From an uncultured Nitrososphaerota archaeon (GTDB lineage Archaea; Thermoproteota; Nitrososphaeria; Nitrososphaerales; CADDZS01), in NCBI GenBank assembly GCA_963799845.1, contig CAWCYI010000004.1:576001-640000 (forward strand): a stretch of 64,000 bases of DNA. The letters run 5' to 3'. The translations under genes were made by a program, and so were the position numbers. Numbering within the stretch: the first letter of the stretch is position 1; every line of letters begins with the position of its first letter. This document shows positions 50,247 to 60,737 of this stretch, in pieces. The notes beneath the pieces were generated by a model that did no database searches, was not told the DNA's origin, and saw only the letters and a list, made by a program, of their open reading frames with translations.

Positions 50247-50314
50247 GTGGGAGAACTCCCTTCAAATAACAGGCTTTTGTGAATTTCTGTTTATTTCAGG
50301 AATTCCATTCGGTC

Positions 50315-50722
50315 CTACCAGCTCTCGCCGGATTCCTTTAACTCGAGAAGCGTGTCTTCGTTGACCCGAACTTCGCCACCTGGGATTGTCGATAGCACTT
50401 TATAACTGACATCCAGCCCTGCACTCGGATCCATGTCATAAACAGCTTTGAAGCCGACCTTTCCGAGATGGCCTTTTGATACCACTCTTCCGAGCAGTGC
50501 TTCGTATTTTACCCGACGGGTTATTGAAGACAGATACTGCTGCTTCTTTTTGGACCACTCGCCAAATGCTTTCTTTCTCTTATCGGCTTCAATTTCACTT
50601 TCGCCCGCTTTCTTGCTAGGCCATTCGCTTTCGTCCCACTCAAAACGGTAAGTGAGATCTACAAGCTCCCAGTTTAACTTGCTCAACTCGATCGTCACCT
50701 CTTTCGCGTCTTGAACGGGCAA
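50315..50722 (-). CDS. hypothetical protein
   Basis: 135-aa ORF with globular composition. Confidence 0.55.
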   Translation of the reverse strand: MPVQDAKEVTIELSKLNWELVDLTYRFEWDESEWPSKKAGESEIEADKRKKAFGEWSKKKQQYLSSITRRVKYEALLGRVVSKGHLGKVGFKAVYDMDPSAGLDVSYKVLSTIPGGEVRVNEDTLLELKESGESW

Positions 50723-50825
50723 GAGAATTTCGAGGATTTTGGATATTTTCCGCTATTTACATTTTTTAAGAAATAAATTTGAATTTCACTGGTTTAGGTG
50801 AAGAAATTCTGGAAAGAGTGAAGGG

Positions 50826-51092
50826 TTAGAGATTAGGACTTCGATTCTGTAACACCCCGCCCCTTTCATACTCGAAACTGAATGACGGTGACCGGGTCGT
50901 TATTCGCTCATTCCAACTTTCTTTCATACAACAGCATGAAAGTTCAAAAATCTTTTCATGAATGTCTCCCCCAATAGAGACCTTTACGATCTTCCTCACA
51001 GAACATTCTCTGTGCCTATCTTGCTCACAAGCGGAACAGGTCTTGGGATCCTTGTATTCAAAACCTAGAATGGCGTCCAAGAGGGAGTTCAA
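50826..51092 (-). CDS. small Cys-rich hypothetical protein
   Basis: CSAC...H..C...CCC pattern. Confidence 0.5.
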   Translation of the reverse strand: MNSLLDAILGFEYKDPKTCSACEQDRHRECSVRKIVKVSIGGDIHEKIFELSCCCMKESWNERITTRSPSFSFEYERGGVLQNRSPNL

Positions 51093-51234
51093 GAAGATCT
51101 GCCTCCCGGTCGTTTATTTCCTTTAATCTAATACTAGAGCAAGCTCCCGAACCTGTACGTATCCTGTGTCCCGATATACCAGTGATTACGAAGATAAGAG
51201 AAGTTCGGTAGACCGGAAATCCGAAGTAATCTAA

Positions 51235-51624
51235 TCATCGTTCTTGTCTTTTCATAACTTCCCGTTGGTAGAGAGGACACAATGTGCATCCCATCGACTC
51301 CATTTCTTTGAGACACTGAAACGCAATTACCTCAGAGACATCAGTGCCCAGATCTTTTGCCAGTTCAAGCAAGATCTCATCGTACATCTTCCAGATTTGT
51401 TCGGCGGACGTAATATTCTGTCCCGTGAGATCGAGCCTTTTTACAATTCTTTCTACTAACATCTCTCCGGCGGATTCTCTGAATATTCGAGAAAGGGACT
51501 GTTCAAGGCAGATTGGGAATCTGTGCTTTTTGCAGTCTTTTATTCTGCTTACAGTGGCTTGATCCAGAACGTACAAGTTCAAAAGATGTTGGTTCTCGTT
51601 GGATAAGGGATAGCTCCCGAACAC
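51235..51624 (-). CDS. hypothetical protein with Cys/His ligand pattern
   Basis: CKKH...C near the N-terminus and C..CPLY near the C-terminus. Confidence 0.55.
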   Translation of the reverse strand: MFGSYPLSNENQHLLNLYVLDQATVSRIKDCKKHRFPICLEQSLSRIFRESAGEMLVERIVKRLDLTGQNITSAEQIWKMYDEILLELAKDLGTDVSEVIAFQCLKEMESMGCTLCPLYQREVMKRQER

Positions 51625-51782
51625 ATGCGTGAATCACACATATGGATCCGCAATACTACTCGACAAGCATGAGCGCCTAGTTTTGAGGGGAAGTAAATCC
51701 ATCCAAATTACTGAAAACTTTACCCGAACCGTATTAGCATATAACGTGCCTCTTGATTACGAGCTCGACAGGATCTTGAAAA

Positions 51783-51956
51783 ATGAACGAGCAGAGCATA
51801 GTCTTGAAATGTGGATGTGAAATAACGTCAGAAGGCAATTACGTATTGGGCAAGGAGTGCGAAGACAGTAACTGTCGAGAATGCCATATTGTTCAAAGGC
51901 TGCACCCGTTTGGAACTGCTCGATTCGCGGACTCTATGATTAGATTAACCGGATAG
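51783..51956 (+). CDS. 57-aa Cys-rich microprotein (not in ORF track)
   Basis: MNEQSIVLKCGCEITSEGNYVLGKECEDSNCRECHIVQRLHPFGTARFADSMIRLTG. Confidence 0.6.
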   Translation: MNEQSIVLKCGCEITSEGNYVLGKECEDSNCRECHIVQRLHPFGTARFADSMIRLTG

Positions 51957-52111
51957 AAAAGATTCATTTTCAACAAATTTCAGCACACTACGAATACCGT
52001 TTCTGCTAACTTCAATTCGGGGATTCACTTGGGCGAGATAGTAGTGAAGATCCTAAATGGCAGAAACATATACGAATGTAAAATCGGCGGATACTCTGAC
52101 GGTCATACCTG

Positions 52112-53669
52112 CTAGTTCCTTGAAAAGATAAGTTTGCGGCGAACAAAAGCAGGGAGTGCTCCGTAAAAAAACGATTTGTCCTCTTCGTTCAATACCCGGA
52201 GCGCAAAGATGCAGGTCGTGAAAATTGCCGCACCAATCAAAGTGTATGGCAATACCGTCCAGGCCTTACTTGACACAAAGCCTGTCAAGTACCAGATTGC
52301 GACGAATGGAATTAATGCAGATAACGTCGCTTTCATATAAAATCTGGAACTATCAAGTTTCTTCAAAAATCCTCTCGCTACATAGCAAGCCACAGCCATC
52401 CCGGCAATCGCAGAAATTGATCTCGCGATCGAGGCACCAGTAAGCCCAAAGTAGGGAACGAGCAAGACGGACAATCCGAAAATTGTCGCAGCCGCCACCG
52501 CGCTGATGATAAGTACCTCGATGGTATTTCCCGTTGCCTGAAGAAGCGAGTAGATGACCATCTGGACAGCTGAGGAAAACGTAGAGGGTCGCTATAATCT
52601 GGAGCGGTTCTGACCCTGCTAGGTATCTGGTACCTCCAGAGAACAGCTCCAGCAACTGTGGCGCCAGAGCAGCAACCAGAAAGGAGGCAGGCAGGATGGC
52701 GAGAAATACAAATCTGATCGCGAGTCTTAACCCATTCGAAATCTCGCAGAGGTTGCGAATTCTGGACGAAGCTTCGGGTAACAAAGCAGTAATGAGCGGG
52801 CCTATCAAAACAAAGGTAAGCACGTTCGCAATCGTGACTGCGGTGTTGTAAATCCCAAGAGAGGTTGGATTCATGTCTCCGCCAACCACCACAAGATCAA
52901 TGTCCGACGTCAGGATAAAGAAAATTCCGGCGATCCCCAGCGGAATTGAATACCTGAGAATTTTTTGATAGCCGAGCGACGAACCGGTTGATTGCGATCC
53001 AAAACCGGAATTGGACGGAAGACTTCTAATTAAAATTCGAACGGACCAGAAAATGAGCATGCTAAAGTAAATTATCCAAGCGTAGAACGCTACTGAAATG
53101 TTGTGATACAGTTCCAGCCCCACTATCGTTAGGGCAACCATGGCAGCTCGCGCGATGAAAAGCATCCAAGCAAGCGACGCATACTTCTTCAGTCCCTGAA
53201 CAGTCCCCTGCAGTACCGACCCCATCGAGCTTGAAAAGAGCCAAAGGCCCCCAAGAACGAAAGCTTGCGACCATGCGGAGCTTTTTGTGAAGTACTGCGA
53301 AAGAATTGGGGAGAAAAAGATGAATCCTCCGGCCACGAATGAACTCATCAAAAGTGCGAGTATGATAATTTTCTTGGCTCGCGATCTCAGTTCTTCCTCT
53401 CCATCGTTCTTTACGTCGGCAAGGTGCTTCGCGGCGGCCAGTTGGAGACCCATCGGTGCAACAACGGAAGCGATCCCGACCGAGACCGAGACCGCGCTGT
53501 AAACTCCATAGTCGATATTTGGTAGAAGGCGCAGCAGGACGGCGAGGAAGACAAACCCGAGGGCGCTCGTCCCAAGATTCTGGAACGTCAGCGAACCGAT
53601 TCCGCGGGTAATGTGCCGGCTCTGTTCTTCCGGTTCGCTGGTTTCCCCGTTGACCGTCAAGAGCGACAA
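52112..53669 (-). CDS. Wzx/MOP-family oligosaccharide flippase (frameshift near 52570)
   Basis: About 14 TM, LRYSIPL, D.VVVG..LGIYNTA and LLPEAS motifs. Removing one base joins the C-terminal ORF. Confidence 0.85.
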
Positions 53670-53681
53670 GCTCCGAAAGAT

Positions 53682-56175
53682 CTAGAGGCTTGCCCCGGCG
53701 ACGCTGAACAGAAGGAACGACAGGAAGAGAACCGACGATAGGATAATTGTGCCCCTCAGTAGCGGGCGGGTCCCTGATACTCGACCTCCCAGAACAGTAT
53801 ATCCAATCAGTGTCAGCGCGCCGATCGTTGTCGTTACTGTGTAGAGATCGATGCCGTGCTTTGCGTTCTCGATTGCCGGGAGCAAATTGTACTGCGCACT
53901 TCCAAATATCATGTAACCCGAGCCCTGGGTGAAAGTAAGTATCAGGAAGGCGGTCATGGTGCCGAACGCAAGCATGTAGATTCCGACCGGATATTTTTCG
54001 GAGACAAGCGCGTAGACGAGACCAAGCGGGAGGATGAATACCCACCACTGCGGCTGCTGCGCCGAGAAGATCAGGAATACTATGAACGCGATCAGCGTAT
54101 AGGACACAAGGCTCTGGAAGTCGTATTTCCTACGGATGACAAAGACGACTGCGAGGGCTCCAAGAAGTATGACCAGAGGGTGCAGGGCTGCGATGGACGG
54201 AAAGTTCGAGAGAATCGTGTAAGGGGTGTGCGGTGAAGAGAGGAGCAAGACCGAAGAGACTCCCGCGGCGGCAGCGAAGATGAGGTATATGAGATGGAAT
54301 TCCGGCGGGTAAACGACCAGAAGCACCAGCGGGCTGAGTAAAATCAGTATCGAGGTTATCTTCAGGGGCCTAGTGAACAGCGATTTCAACAGAAGGAACG
54401 CGAGAGGAATCAGCCCTACCATTTCGATTAGGGCGGATATGGCGAAGGCGAGCGATGCTTTCCAGTCCTGCAATATCGATCCTGTCTCCTCAGCATTCCT
54501 GAACATGAAGACAAAGCCCAGAACGATGAATGAGACTGTCGCAGCTTCGTACTGTCCCCACACTGATGAAACGTAAATCGAAAGTGGATTCAGCAGATAG
54601 AAGAAAGCAAAGAGTTTTCCAACCTTGCCTGGGTTGAATTTCAGTATCAGATAGGTTACGAAGAGGTCTGCCGTGATCGGGAATGCCTTGAGAAATATTG
54701 ATTCGAAGAAGCCGGTCTGGTGTCCTAGAATGAAAAAGTCCTGGAATCCTGAGCTTTAGTGCCAGCGCGTAAAACGAGTACGGAACCCAGTAGAGGAAGA
54801 AGGTGAACGGCAGCGTTGGGCCGAGAGAAGTACCGGCAGATCCGAATTCAAACCAGCCTCTGGCCGACGTGGCATAGACACTGATGTCAAACGGCTGTGC
54901 CGCAACGGGCGCGAGTGCGAGTCTGCAAATTACCCCCACGCTTATCGCGGCCCCGATCTGCCAGGGCTTGAAATCGTCCTCATCGTGCCTGTACCTGTTG
55001 TAAAGGAAGAATGCGGTGCATATCGGCGCCACGAAAAGGAAGAAGATCAGATAGCCGTACCAGAATGATCCCTGGGAGGCGACTGTTGCCGCCGTTACCG
55101 CGGGGGAGCTCGAATTTTGGACCGGGGTGAACACGAAATTTACGCTCTGCACGGTCACATTGCTAAGAGATCCGGTCTGGGCGACGATTGCAATTGTGTA
55201 TCCGCTGGACGGAGGTAAAGAATCGGGAAACACGATCGGAGTTCCTTTGGGATACAGGGAGTAATCGTAGGATGCAATGGTTGGGCTGTAATGGTACAGA
55301 CTTCCAGGAAGCGCTACGGTTCCATTCAGTTGATAGATTTCAAACGCGGTCCCGGGAGGCGCCGAGATCTGCAGACCGAGATCAATTTTGTTCAATTTCC
55401 AGGATGAATTTCCTGCGGTCGGTAGTTGATCGAACGTCAGGTAAACAGAGTGATAGTTTGATCCGTCCTGGAATGGTACAATTGGATAATTCAAGAACTT
55501 CATGTTCTGGAGAATGAGGCTGAACTGAGTAGTCGCGTTCAGCGCGTGTCTTTCGACGTAGACCTGTATCTGAGAAATGTTTTGGATCGAGGTTCCAATG
55601 TTCTGTTCCGCAAGGTTTTCGATGTTTACTTGAATGTTTTCAAACTGCCCTGTCCCGGTCCTATGGTCAAGGATATCGGAGTTGTTCCAGATGGGAACCG
55701 TGGTTTTTCCGTATGATGTGAAAAATCTAATGCCATAACCTATTCCCTGGGTCACGTCAATTTGCAAGAAGAGTATTGGATAATTCCTGACATTGACCGT
55801 AAGCTTTCTTGAGATCTGGACCGATGACGGAGTCGAGCTGGGTTCGAAAGATCCTGAAAAATTGATGATGTTTGGAGAGCTCAACTGGGTTGTTGTGCTC
55901 GACGATGAAGAACTCGTCAAACTCCAGGGTGACGGCGCCGTGTCCCGGTAGCCTACCGAAGCGTTCACCGACTCGGCGTAGATATTAGAGAGGTATTGCT
56001 GTCCATTTACTTCCTGGAGATTTTGTGGAGGTACCGTACCTGAAAGACCGATGGTAAGCAACACTCCAATAAGTACAACGACGGAGACAATTTTCTTTCC
56101 GCGAGAGAGCTGTAAGACTTTAGTCTTTAGCTCGTCGAAGTAGGTTTTCAATTCCAACGCTCTAACTCCTCCCAA
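53682..56175 (-). CDS. extracellular domain fused to a GT-C (GT87-like) glycosyltransferase (frameshift near 54750)
   Basis: RLALAP...PFDI, P.LPF, restored FLKAFPITADL...LLNPLSIYVSSVWGQYE and QPQW motifs. Confidence 0.7.
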
Positions 56176-57320
56176 ACGGCCATCGACTGGTTTGCAGAGT
56201 CGAGATCGTGGATCGAATCATAGGCCTTGCCGCCCATTTCAGCCGCTGCCTCCGGTTTGTCCGCGAGATGTCTTGCTCGCTGCTGCATCAGCGGAACGTC
56301 GGTCGGATCGCAAAAGTAGGAACTTTCTTCGTCGACCAGAAGCTCCTTGACTCCGCTGCGCGTTGTCAGGATCGTTGCTTTGCGGTGCAGAGCAGCTTCG
56401 GCGGGGATAAAGCCGAATCCCTCGAAAAGCGACGGATGAATCAGGAAACTTGCCTTCGAATACAGGCTGTGCATCATCGAGTCGTTTGAGCCGTAGAAGA
56501 TGTGCAGGTCGACTCCCAGTTTTGACGCGAGAAGTTCGTACTCCTTTTTCAATAGTCCAGATCCCACGATTGAGAGCGCATATTCATCCTTGAGGGGGGT
56601 CATCGCTCTTATTCCCGCTTGGAAATTCTTGTAGGGCACGAATGCTCCCACCATCATCACGTACGGCCTTTCAATATCGAGTGGCACAGTTTCGGCCGAG
56701 AGCAACCCGCTTTCCACAGGTGGATAGACGACAACGGAATCTCTTCCGTAGATGTTCTTGATGTACCTGGCCTGGTACTCGCTGTTCGAGATTATCTTGC
56801 CATACCTTGCAACTGTCTGAAAATCAATTATCCGCAGAATCCGCTTGGAGATCGGAAAGAATGCGAGGCCCAGTCCGCCGAGCAGGTTTCCGTAAAACGA
56901 CTTTGTGGTCTTCTCAAATGTGAGGCTGACGTTCCTGTAGTCATCACCGTGCAGAAGATCCGAGTACGCGGGCTCGAAGATGCTCCCCGAATACCAAGCA
57001 GTCTTTTTCCCAAGAGACCTCACAATCCTGTAGGCGAGCAGAGGCTCAACGTGGTGGTGAATCAAAATCCGATCGTAATCGTCAAGGTCGCGAACCAGCG
57101 TTATCGACTCAGGTTCACCGAGACCTTGAGGAAGAGGCGTAAACGAGATCTTGTTCAACTCCTGCCTCGCCCAGAGGTGTTTGTCTGTAAAATCTGCGAA
57201 CAGGTCAACGTCTTTTCCAGCTTCCTTGAACCTCGAGTAGTGCACGAGCGCTGCGCGCTCTGCCCCTCCAAAACGCCCGAAGGCCTGGATCAGAATAGCT
57301 ACTCTCAAACGAGCATTCAC
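56148..57320 (-). CDS. glycosyltransferase family 4 (GT-B)
   Basis: GGAER, NSEY, VVYPPV, PYKN and HPSLFEGFGFIPAEA motifs. Confidence 0.92.
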   Translation of the reverse strand: MNARLRVAILIQAFGRFGGAERAALVHYSRFKEAGKDVDLFADFTDKHLWARQELNKISFTPLPQGLGEPESITLVRDLDDYDRILIHHHVEPLLAYRIVRSLGKKTAWYSGSIFEPAYSDLLHGDDYRNVSLTFEKTTKSFYGNLLGGLGLAFFPISKRILRIIDFQTVARYGKIISNSEYQARYIKNIYGRDSVVVYPPVESGLLSAETVPLDIERPYVMMVGAFVPYKNFQAGIRAMTPLKDEYALSIVGSGLLKKEYELLASKLGVDLHIFYGSNDSMMHSLYSKASFLIHPSLFEGFGFIPAEAALHRKATILTTRSGVKELLVDEESSYFCDPTDVPLMQQRARHLADKPEAAAEMGGKAYDSIHDLDSANQSMAVWEELERWN

Positions 57321-58023
57321 TCAATGAATTTTCTTCCACGTCGCTTGCCCACAAGCGAATCATCTAACTTCTGGAAAATTGCAACAAAAATTCATAGTTA
57401 CAGACAGTTGTAAAAAATTCAGTAATCCGACGGCGGAAACTATTTTCAAAACCAATCATGAAATTATTTGAGATCTCTATCGACATTCAATATCAATTTG
57501 AATTGGACGAGATAGAACTGATATCAACAGATCGTAACGGCGGTTTCCAGAAACGGGGGAAAGATTTTTCGTGCTTGAGAGATCGCCCCAACTCCGTTAT
57601 ACCGTATTACGTTGTTTCGACAGAGGTGATAACCAAATACGATTCAATCAGCTTTCGATGTGGCGTATCAGTTTGCGAATGACAGAACGTTCCTGTAAAC
57701 GGGATCAAGTTCCGATCCCTCAGATTCTACTCATGCGTTTTCGAAAAACGAAAACTGCCAAAGGGATTATTTGCCAATTTCCAGCACTCAGAACTAATAC
57801 AGTAGTCAAATTATCCGATCAAGGATAAGTATCGTAATGACTATGATATCTATTAGAGCTGAACCGGAAATGGCAGTCAAGACACACCCACAAAGGAACC
57901 CACTTTTCGTTTTAGTCTGGGCGCTTACATTTGTCGCGATTTTTGAGCGCAGCCTGACCTTGAGAGAGAGCAGAAAGCGTTCAATTGACGAGTGAATAAG
58001 CGAAAATTTCTGATAGTAATTGC

Positions 58024-58626
58024 TTAGTTGCTCGAACTTTCCCAGTTAGCATCTGCATCTTTGATTTCCCTCTTCAAATCTCTTCGTTGTTCTGCGTCGA
58101 TCGACTTTAGCAGCTCGCGCATAGTTGTCCTCTTTCTGCCGAGATGAATTCTGGCAAACTCATCCTCATCATTCACCCTTTCAAACGGTGTCGTCATGGC
58201 ATAGAAATCCCCGAAGAGCCGTCGTGACCTTATCGGATAGGGAGGCAGGCCGTAAAGCACGACCAAGGCTCCAGTCCTCGTTTGTCTCTGTATTTTCTTT
58301 ATCACTTCAAAACCGATGGAAATCACCGAGTATAGGATCGTTGCGTCGCGATACGAAGCTTTGATGATATCGTTCCAAATTATCGTAATGTTATGCAATC
58401 CGGATTTTTCGACTTCCCGCTTTGCACGCAGGTACCTGTAATAGTGGTCTTCTATTCCGACAGCCTTCTTGACATTTGGAGCGATCCAGATGCACGGGCC
58501 TCCGTAACCGCAACCCAGATCGTAGAATACGTCAGTTTTCGAGGGCCTCATGCGGTTGATGAGATGGGTGAACTCTCTCTTGTCTGTAGCGCGGGGATTC
58601 CCTCGCCACTCTGCTGCACGTTCCAT
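58024..58626 (-). CDS. class I SAM-dependent methyltransferase
   Basis: VFYDLGCGYG and AVGIE motifs. Confidence 0.8.
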   Translation of the reverse strand: MERAAEWRGNPRATDKREFTHLINRMRPSKTDVFYDLGCGYGGPCIWIAPNVKKAVGIEDHYYRYLRAKREVEKSGLHNITIIWNDIIKASYRDATILYSVISIGFEVIKKIQRQTRTGALVVLYGLPPYPIRSRRLFGDFYAMTTPFERVNDEDEFARIHLGRKRTTMRELLKSIDAEQRRDLKREIKDADANWESSSN

Positions 58627-58868
58627 TTTTGATTTCTTCCCGTTCAGGATTCGGTTTCCATAATAAGTGGAAATGTGAGTACGGATAAAATAGATTCAGC
58701 GTTCAATCTCTTAATAAGAAAAATCCATGTTGTATGGAACATAGGGTTCGAACAGAATCCGACTTAACATGGCGAAGTTCGATACATCACTGTCAAAGAA
58801 ATGCGCGTTCTATGAAAGTTTGCTGGGGCATTTATCGTGTTAGTAGCCATCCGGGAAAAATATCAACA

Positions 58869-60335
58869 ATGACAATATACTTGCTTGGTCTGGACGGTGC
58901 TTCGACGAATACGATTCAGGAAACGCTCAGTCGCAGACGCCTTCCAAATTTTGAAAGATTGATGAAACAGGGAGCCTTCGCCGACCTTCGCTCGGTGTAT
59001 CCTTATGTCACCGCACCCGCGTGGACAACACTGTTTTCGGGGGTCAATCCTGGAAAGCACGGAATATTCGAGATGTTCGAGATCAGGGAGAACAAGGTTG
59101 TGCCGTCAAACATGCGGGCAACCGACGTCCCGTTCTTATGGGACTATCTCACATGGGCGAACAAGAGGAGCCTTGTCATTGGGGTTCCGTTCATTCATCC
59201 GGCCCCCAAAATAAACGGAATATTCGTTACCGGCAGATTTGCATCAAGACTTTCGTGTTATCCCGAGGATACCGCCACCAGATTTGACCTGAAGGGATTT
59301 GATTACGACGACCTGTCAATGGAAGAGAAGACAGAAAAGATCTTCGCTGAGGGATCTGACAGGATCTCCAAAACTATTTTGGAGAATCTGGAAAAGCGTG
59401 CTGACTCGATCACTAGAATGATCGATTCGGAGAAATGGGACGTGGTCATCGCCGTCGAAGGGCTTCCGGACGATTTGCTCCACATCAGCTATGGGAATGA
59501 TGAGATTGTGGACGAGATGTATTCTTCGCTTGACCGATTCGTCGGGCAGATCTTCCATAGAATGATATCCGACGATGTTCTGATAATTTTTTCCGATCAT
59601 GGATTCTGTAAAGTGGAGAATGTCCTTTTCATGAACGAGTGGCTCCTCGAGAAAAATTATGCAGAGCTGAATGAGAAAATGTTTGCAAGGTTTCTGTTGT
59701 GGCTCGGGGTGGACTGGGATTCTTTGAACGAGCAGGGTTTGACGAGCAAGTTTTTCAGATTCTTGCTGGGACATTTTCCGTGGATTGTCAACAGAACGAA
59801 AGACATGCTCCGGCCCAGCATGATCGTCGATGAATCCAAAAAAATCAAGATCGCTAAAGTAAGCGCCTTCAGCATCAACGAACCGCTCGCCTGGCTCAGA
59901 ATTTCAGAAAAGGAGAATGTCCACATATCCAAAGACGAGTTGGTCACTCAACTGGAGGAACTTCGACAGCAGGGAATTCTCAAGAACATTTTTGAGACCG
60001 AAAAGATCTACAGCGGGAAGTATGTCCAATTCGCTCCCGGTCAATTACTGGTCGAGGCAGCGGACGGCTGGTCGATCGATACTCTAAGATGGCACAAGAG
60101 GAATCTTACAGGAAAGCCACTCTTCACCAAGAAGGGGGTTCACAGGCGAGAAGGAGTATTGTTCATCTATGGCAGAGATCTGGCTATAAGGGTGGATTCT
60201 CCTCGCGTCCACGATCTGGTCCCGACGGTTCTTGGCTTGATGAAGCTCCCAGTACCGGAAAGCATCGATGGAAAGTCTGTTTTGGGATTATTTCAGGTCA
60301 AGAAAGAAGTTCTAAATGTAGCCCAGAGCCTTTAA
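58869..60335 (+). CDS. alkaline phosphatase superfamily, type I phosphodiesterase/nucleotide pyrophosphatase
   Basis: LGLDGA, PYVTAPAWT..SG.NPGKHGIF, SDHGF, G.HRREG and DLVPTVL...DGK motifs; likely ATG at 58869. Confidence 0.88.
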   Translation: MTIYLLGLDGASTNTIQETLSRRRLPNFERLMKQGAFADLRSVYPYVTAPAWTTLFSGVNPGKHGIFEMFEIRENKVVPSNMRATDVPFLWDYLTWANKRSLVIGVPFIHPAPKINGIFVTGRFASRLSCYPEDTATRFDLKGFDYDDLSMEEKTEKIFAEGSDRISKTILENLEKRADSITRMIDSEKWDVVIAVEGLPDDLLHISYGNDEIVDEMYSSLDRFVGQIFHRMISDDVLIIFSDHGFCKVENVLFMNEWLLEKNYAELNEKMFARFLLWLGVDWDSLNEQGLTSKFFRFLLGHFPWIVNRTKDMLRPSMIVDESKKIKIAKVSAFSINEPLAWLRISEKENVHISKDELVTQLEELRQQGILKNIFETEKIYSGKYVQFAPGQLLVEAADGWSIDTLRWHKRNLTGKPLFTKKGVHRREGVLFIYGRDLAIRVDSPRVHDLVPTVLGLMKLPVPESIDGKSVLGLFQVKKEVLNVAQSL

Positions 60336-60539
60336 GCGAGCCGTCACTACTTCAGTATCTTCCGCTGACAGGTCTTCCGATCTCTTACCTATAGAAGATT
60401 GCAAAAGATAATTGATGTAATCATCAACGGTGGAAAAGCCGGTCCCCGCTATCTTCTTCTGAAATTCATCGTAGATCTCTGAGCTAATGAGGACTGAAAC
60501 TTTCTTAATTTCCTTTGCAGGCAAGTCAATTTGCACCAA
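60312..60539 (-). CDS. CopG/RHH-like protein with RLKALGYI tail
   Basis: VSVLIS..IYDEF....GTGFSTVDDYINYLL motif. Confidence 0.75.
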   Translation of the reverse strand: MVQIDLPAKEIKKVSVLISSEIYDEFQKKIAGTGFSTVDDYINYLLQSSIGKRSEDLSAEDTEVVTARLKALGYI

Positions 60540-60737
60540 ATAATCGAAACTCTAATTTCGTGAAAACTTTCAGGAAAACTGCTCTAATTGTACACCGGAT
60601 TCTCGATCAGATATTTATCGAAAGCGGATTCAATATACGAATTATCTTGATGTTACCGAGATCACGCTTTTCGAATATTGCGAGCATTTATCTCTGCCGA
60701 GGTTCCGATTCGTTCCGAGACCTCGGCTTCGATCCAC

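Noticed and set aside
53062-54048. 328-aa alternative-frame ORF
   Set aside because: Overlaps two real membrane-protein genes; Arg-rich out-of-frame composition.
56619-57413. 264-aa plus-strand ORF
   Set aside because: Almost entirely antisense to a clear GT4 gene and has no motifs.
57458-57828. Short ORFs in the gap upstream of GT4
   Set aside because: No recognisable motifs; cannot be supported as genes.
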